This document shows, piece after piece, positions 58,970 to 64,000 of a stretch of DNA of 64,000 bases (position 1 is the first letter of the stretch; the number at the start of each line of letters is the position of its first letter). Source of the stretch: Phyllobates terribilis (lineage: Eukaryota). The position numbers were made by a program, and so were the translations under genes. The stretch is from NCBI RefSeq assembly GCF_046119375.1, contig NW_027362767.1, positions 146,692,001 through 146,756,000 on the forward strand, written 5' to 3'. A model generated the notes under the pieces. The model saw only the letters and a program-made list of their open reading frames with translations, had not been told where the DNA came from and ran no database searches.

Positions 58970-61900
58970 TGACTCTCTAATCAAGAACACAGGGGCACTT
59001 GGCCAAAGCAAGCGCTACTATGTATGGAGAAGTCGCGGGAAACAGCCGTAGGACAACCAATCGTTCAGGCTACAGCTATTTATTGTGTATGGGGGCTTAA
59101 CTTACACTTGCCAATTCTCTCAGAAAGACTGAGAAACTCCCAGAAAAAAAGAATACCTACTGGTCTTCCAAGAGAGTTGGCAAACCTCCCGAGTACTAGA
59201 GAAGCCTCCTGGAAGCTCACAAAAAGCAGTGCTACCCCAATATTTTCTTTGCCGTCACTCTGAGTCACAACATCTAAAAGCCTAATCTGTCTTCTGTAAT
59301 AAGAATTTTAAGAAGTTGGCAAGTATGGTCTAATTATAAATGATGCAGAAGAAGCAGTTACACTCAGGGATGGGTGTTTGAGGGGCCCACAAGCTTCTTA
59401 ACCACATAAGAAGACAACTGTACAATAGCTGGGGGTTCACGTTACCGAATTTGCATTGGGCATTTTACACAACTATGTTTAATAATAATATGACCAATCT
59501 GGGTTCTAGTCATTTCCACTTCTTTGAGTTGGCATAGGCCTGGACTGACAAAGATCAAGGCTTTTGCTTTCTATACCGGGAACCAGTTGATCATTAGCTT
59601 TGTGTATGAGGTGGAAGCATGGCTATTGCTCAATGACTTCAGAGTGAGGCACTTTAAAAGCCTGTTTATTAGGAATTTTTTTTTTCGGGGCTGATTATTT
59701 TTGAAAACACATAAAAGTGGCCAACTGCAAAAAGAAGCCCTGTGATATCCCTTGTAGTCTCAACAGATGAAGATCTACCACTTCTAGGACTTCTACTGGT
59801 GTTATTCTTCAATTACAGATTGGACACCGTTGGACAGGTTCTCCTGCTGATACAATTATTTGTTCTATGTGAAGGTTGTGTGTGGTTTAGAGAGAAAGTC
59901 CTGACAGCCACTGAAGCTCTCGAAATCCTTGTAGATACAGAAAGACAGCTGCTCTTGAAAGTCCTGGATTATCACTCCTATGAAGGAGGACTGGGAAAAA
60001 AAAGTAGCCGGGGATGAACACCGGCTGTCTTTGAAATATATTTCAGGTGGACGGAGATTGTGTTTTTACAACCTCAACACTTGCCAGAGGACACATTACT
60101 ACACAATATGGACATCAGAAAAAGAGCATCCTCGTAAGTGTTCACTACAAGATTACCACAACATCTAAGCTCAAGTAAGATACTTTAAGGAGGTCTCCTA
60201 ATATTGTTTTATGCATGGTATGTGAAATTCTCACTCAATATAATGATGGACGAGTTATTAGAAAGTCGTGGCCTTCTACTTGTAATAATGTTGCCTTGAA
60301 GCTTCAGCTGAAGAGACTCCTTGTGATCTAAAGGGGTTCACCTGGCCTCCGAGCTGTCCCCACCCTCTTTTCCGTTAACAACCATAGATCTTGGCAGAGA
60401 GCCAGGGTTCCTGTTGATACATTGTTTACATTGTTACAACAATATTGTGATTCTCTTTGAAAACATTAACCTCTGGCGCTTCAGAGAAATGGATCGTCTT
60501 CTACACGATTTTTTGTGCTTTTCATAGGGATGACATAGTTAGATGGTGCCAAGTGGCACTGAATCCTTGCTTTTAAAGGGAAGGGGGGTGGTCATAGATA
60601 ATTCTGCTTAACTGACCACTTAGATGAATATATCATGGTGGTCTCTGATGAGATGTGATTCTACATGTGGTACGTGGACCAAGATGTTAAATGAAGTCAT
60701 GGGTCACATTGCGCCTCACAACTTAACAGGACAATAGAGCGACCATCGTAAAAAAAAAAAAGTCAAAATCTGTTGGATTTGAGGTTGAAAGGAAGGCATG
60801 TTGATTGTGCTGCTGCACTGAGATATAGTTGGCATTGTGACTCATGACCTAACATGACCAAAGCGTGACAATCTCCAAAAAATCTAAGCCTGCTTGATTT
60901 TTGGTTGGTCGAAAGAATTAGATGACTATATTAATTCTGCTACTTCTATAACAATTCTGGGTCAAAAATGCAACTTGGTAACTTTGTACTTAGCAGACCT
61001 GAAGATCTCAAGTTCATCCCCCGTCTGTCTTCCAAAAAATGACGAGTTTAACGAGCAAACAAGGTTGCTGGTGATTACATAATCTCATGTCTTGTAAGCT
61101 TCTTCATCTCCCAAAGTAAGCAAGGCCTCTATTATGAGAGAGCACAGTGTTTTCTTGATAATATACATCTGCGATGTCTCCCCCTTCCACATCCACGACA
61201 TCTGGACACATGTTGATCTGGAAGGAAATACTTCCCAAGTCTTCAGAGAGCAATTTGCTTGACAGAAAAAGAGTTTGGCCAAGACAACTCCTATTCCCAG
61301 CTGTGGAGCCTCCAGTGTTCAGCAGGTGGACGTAAAGGGTGCCACTAATTTTAATCCTTTATATTCTGATCTCCATCCTCTTCCCATAGTGCAGCCGGCC
61401 TCAGCTCTTTGATGGATAGAAAGTTATGGCAGCAAATGGTTTATATTAGAAGGAGGTCAAGACAAGTCTAAGGCAAGCGAGCTTAACTTCTGAGTCCCCA
61501 GTGCAGGTGAAAAAAATGGAGATATATTGAAAAAGTGGTGGGGGAAGGAGGGAACAGATGTTTCCGATGGAAGAACATGACTTTTTCTTCCTCTCCTAGT
61601 TATAACATCTGAGTTTGGACATAAATCTGCAACATTTGCTTTGCTGGGACGAGATGAGCATAGTGAGATGAGTGGAATGCATTCATGCGATTATATGGTA
61701 GAGCTGTGCGCTGATGGTAAAAGGCTCGCCCGGCGCTGGGGTAGATGTGTGGGAATCTTTTATTTGATTTTCCAAGCAAAAAAATCTAAAAAGTAATGAT
61801 GTCACCCCAAAATTGTGTCAGCTGGAACGTCAACAAATGGATGTGATCAGTGCCAAAGAATGTGAAAATAATGAGATTAACCTAAAATAACATTTGTAAC

Positions 61901-63509
61901 CTTAAGAAGATAGAGAGAAATGAGGATCAGGACAGTGCATAGAGATGGAAGTGAGGAGAAACTGGAGCTGGGATAAGATGCATCGTTAGCTATCATTGTG
62001 CCAGAACTTGAGATGTGGAAGAGAAAGGGAGAAAAAGCGCGCTATGTGAAGGACCTGATAGGTAGATGTGAAGGAAACAGCCAAAAGGCCACTCACCTAT
62101 TGGAGTTGTGCACCCCTGCACAACTCCGGTGTTAGTGTGAGGATGGAAGGAGCAGGCACATCTCACCGCAAGGTACAGGTAGCTTGGCACACCACGTGCC
62201 GTGTGCTGCAGACCGCCGCTCGTGCTCACCGCTTTCAGGTTCCAAAACTGCAGGCCACGTGTCCGTCCACAGATCACGTGACTCAGGATCAGATGTGCAT
62301 CACCACAGGTCCTGAAAGTTAGGAGAGTGCAGCCCCCAGCCGCAGGTCCTGAGTTGAGCAGCCAAAGGGGAATTTTATAGTGGGGGGATTTAAGAATGAT
62401 TAACTAGAAGCTGCTCCTGCCGCTAACCCCCAAAGGGGGACTGAAAGTGGTCCAAATTAAATAAAAAAGCGGTCTATAGGGCGCTAGAAGAATGAACACT
62501 AGAGGTGAAAATTTTTTTTTTAGGGCTAAAAAATACATTTAATGAGTCCTTTCCACATCGCGTTTCGATAGTGAACTATCTTCCTCAGGTGGTACAATTT
62601 TTATTTAATTTGGAGAACTTGAGATGTAGCGCAGGCACAATATCTGACGCAAGTTTTAATAAATCAGTCGGCAATATAGTGATTCTGTCTCATCCACGTA
62701 TCCCACTAACTTTAAACAAGAAGTTGAAAGCTGACAGATATTTGAGCAAATGTGACAAAATTTTGTTTCACCAAAAATAAGTGGAGGGGAACAAACGATC
62801 ATTTGTACAAACCCTCGTTCCAAATCACTGCTATATGAACATGAAAGTAAAGGGGCGCAGATCTTCTTCCTAAATCACTGATTGGCTCTCATTACAGGCA
62901 GCTTATCTATGAAAAAAGACCCTCTGAGGGCTTGAGGTCTGGGCTAAAAAGGTAATGGGCCTCTTACTATCCTCCACAGTTATAACAGCTTGAGCAAAAC
63001 TTAGCTCCTAATATTTTCAAGCACTATTATGTGGTTTTGCATAAGACTCTAATGATAGCACCAATTTCTATATAGGACAGTGGTATTGTTGCATCGGTCA
63101 CTTCAGCTTCTTGTGGCCTGCTAAGTGGTGCTGTGTATACGCTCCAGGCTTCGCACCCATAAGGGCACAACATGTGCACTAGGCAGCTTTCACAGCTGAG
63201 CGGTATTAGCAATGCATTCCTCTACGTGACAGGCCAAACGGCACAGTTAATACCCTAAGCTAGTGAGACAGATGGGAGGTAGATTGCAGTTCGGCCATTT
63301 AAAGCAGGACACATATGACGCACACATGCAGCATGGTTGTATCACCAATACTTCAGATGTGTCAGGACAATTGCTAACAAGATATGCGTCTTACCACTAA
63401 CCTGGAAGTGACTTAAAAAAACGTTTTGTCCATATTATGGGAAATCTATGGGTCAGTGATTCCTAAAACACTTGTCCTGAGCATACAAATCTCAACTCCC
63501 TAACATATA

Positions 63510-64000
63510 CAGTACAGACCAAAAGTTTGGACACACCTTCTCATTTAAAGGTTTTTCTGTACTTTCATGACTATGAAAATTATACATTCACACTGAAGGC
63601 ATCAAAACTATGAATTAACACATGTGGAATTATATACTTAACAAAAAAGTGTGAAACAACTGAAAATATGTCTTATATTCTAGGTTCTTCAAAGTAGCCA
63701 CCTTTTGCTTTGATGACTGCTTTGCACACTCTTGGCATTCTCTTGATGAGCTTCAAGAGGTAGTCACTGGAAATGGTCTTCCAACAATCTTGAAGGAGTT
63801 CCCAGAGATGCTTAGCACTTGTTGGCACTTTTGCCTTCACTCTGCGGTCCAGCTCACCCCAAACCATCTCGATTGGGTTCAGGTCTGGTGACTGTGGAGG
63901 CCAGGTCATCTGGCGTAGCACCCCATCACTCTCCTTCTTGGTCAAATAGCCCTTACACAGCCTGGAGGTGTGTTTGGGGTCATTGTCCTGTTGAAAAATA
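63510..64000 (-). mobile_element. Second DD38E Tc1 copy, cut by the window end
   Basis: TA|CAGTACAGACCAAAAGTTTGGACAC; the C-terminal transposase fragment (63673-63945) is nearly identical to 36108-36380. Confidence 0.95.

Noticed and set aside
59742-60017. VLTATEALEIL, faintly like a piggyBac N-terminus
   Set aside because: No downstream DDD transposase motifs or TTAA-flanked TIRs were found.
61100-61445. ~110-codon stop-free frame on the minus strand (..LWEEDGDQNIRIKISG..)
   Set aside because: No Met, no clear splice sites and no recognised motif; a frame this long can occur by chance.

Overview
Eukaryotic, TE-rich vertebrate genomic DNA. The repeat landscape (DIRS1, several Tc1 families, Penelope, L2, Harbinger-type MITEs) suggests a frog; this is inference. 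No prokaryotic features or CRISPR arrays were found. The main feature is a host gene that the ORF track misses because its exons are small. Reading splice sites by hand gives 35 coding exons on the + strand (ATG 13151, TAA 43555-43557; 3510 nt, about 1169 aa), with GT-AG introns and consistent phases throughout. The predicted protein has two C2H2 (matrin/U1-like) zinc fingers, a K/E- and RS/RD-rich block, an acidic/coiled-coil block, and a long Pro/Gly/Gln/Asn/aromatic low-complexity tail. That tail is built from 21 consecutive symmetric phase-1 exons, many of them tandem duplicates in an A-B-C pattern. The introns hold a structurally complete DIRS1 element and a triple nest (DD38E Tc1 inside L2 inside Penelope) that lies between two copies of the same exon. 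The flanks hold Tc1 copies, MITEs, minisatellites that arose inside TEs, a satellite, a solo LTR, a ~730-bp polypyrimidine tract and a 215-N assembly gap. All assignments come from reading the sequence; no searches were run.
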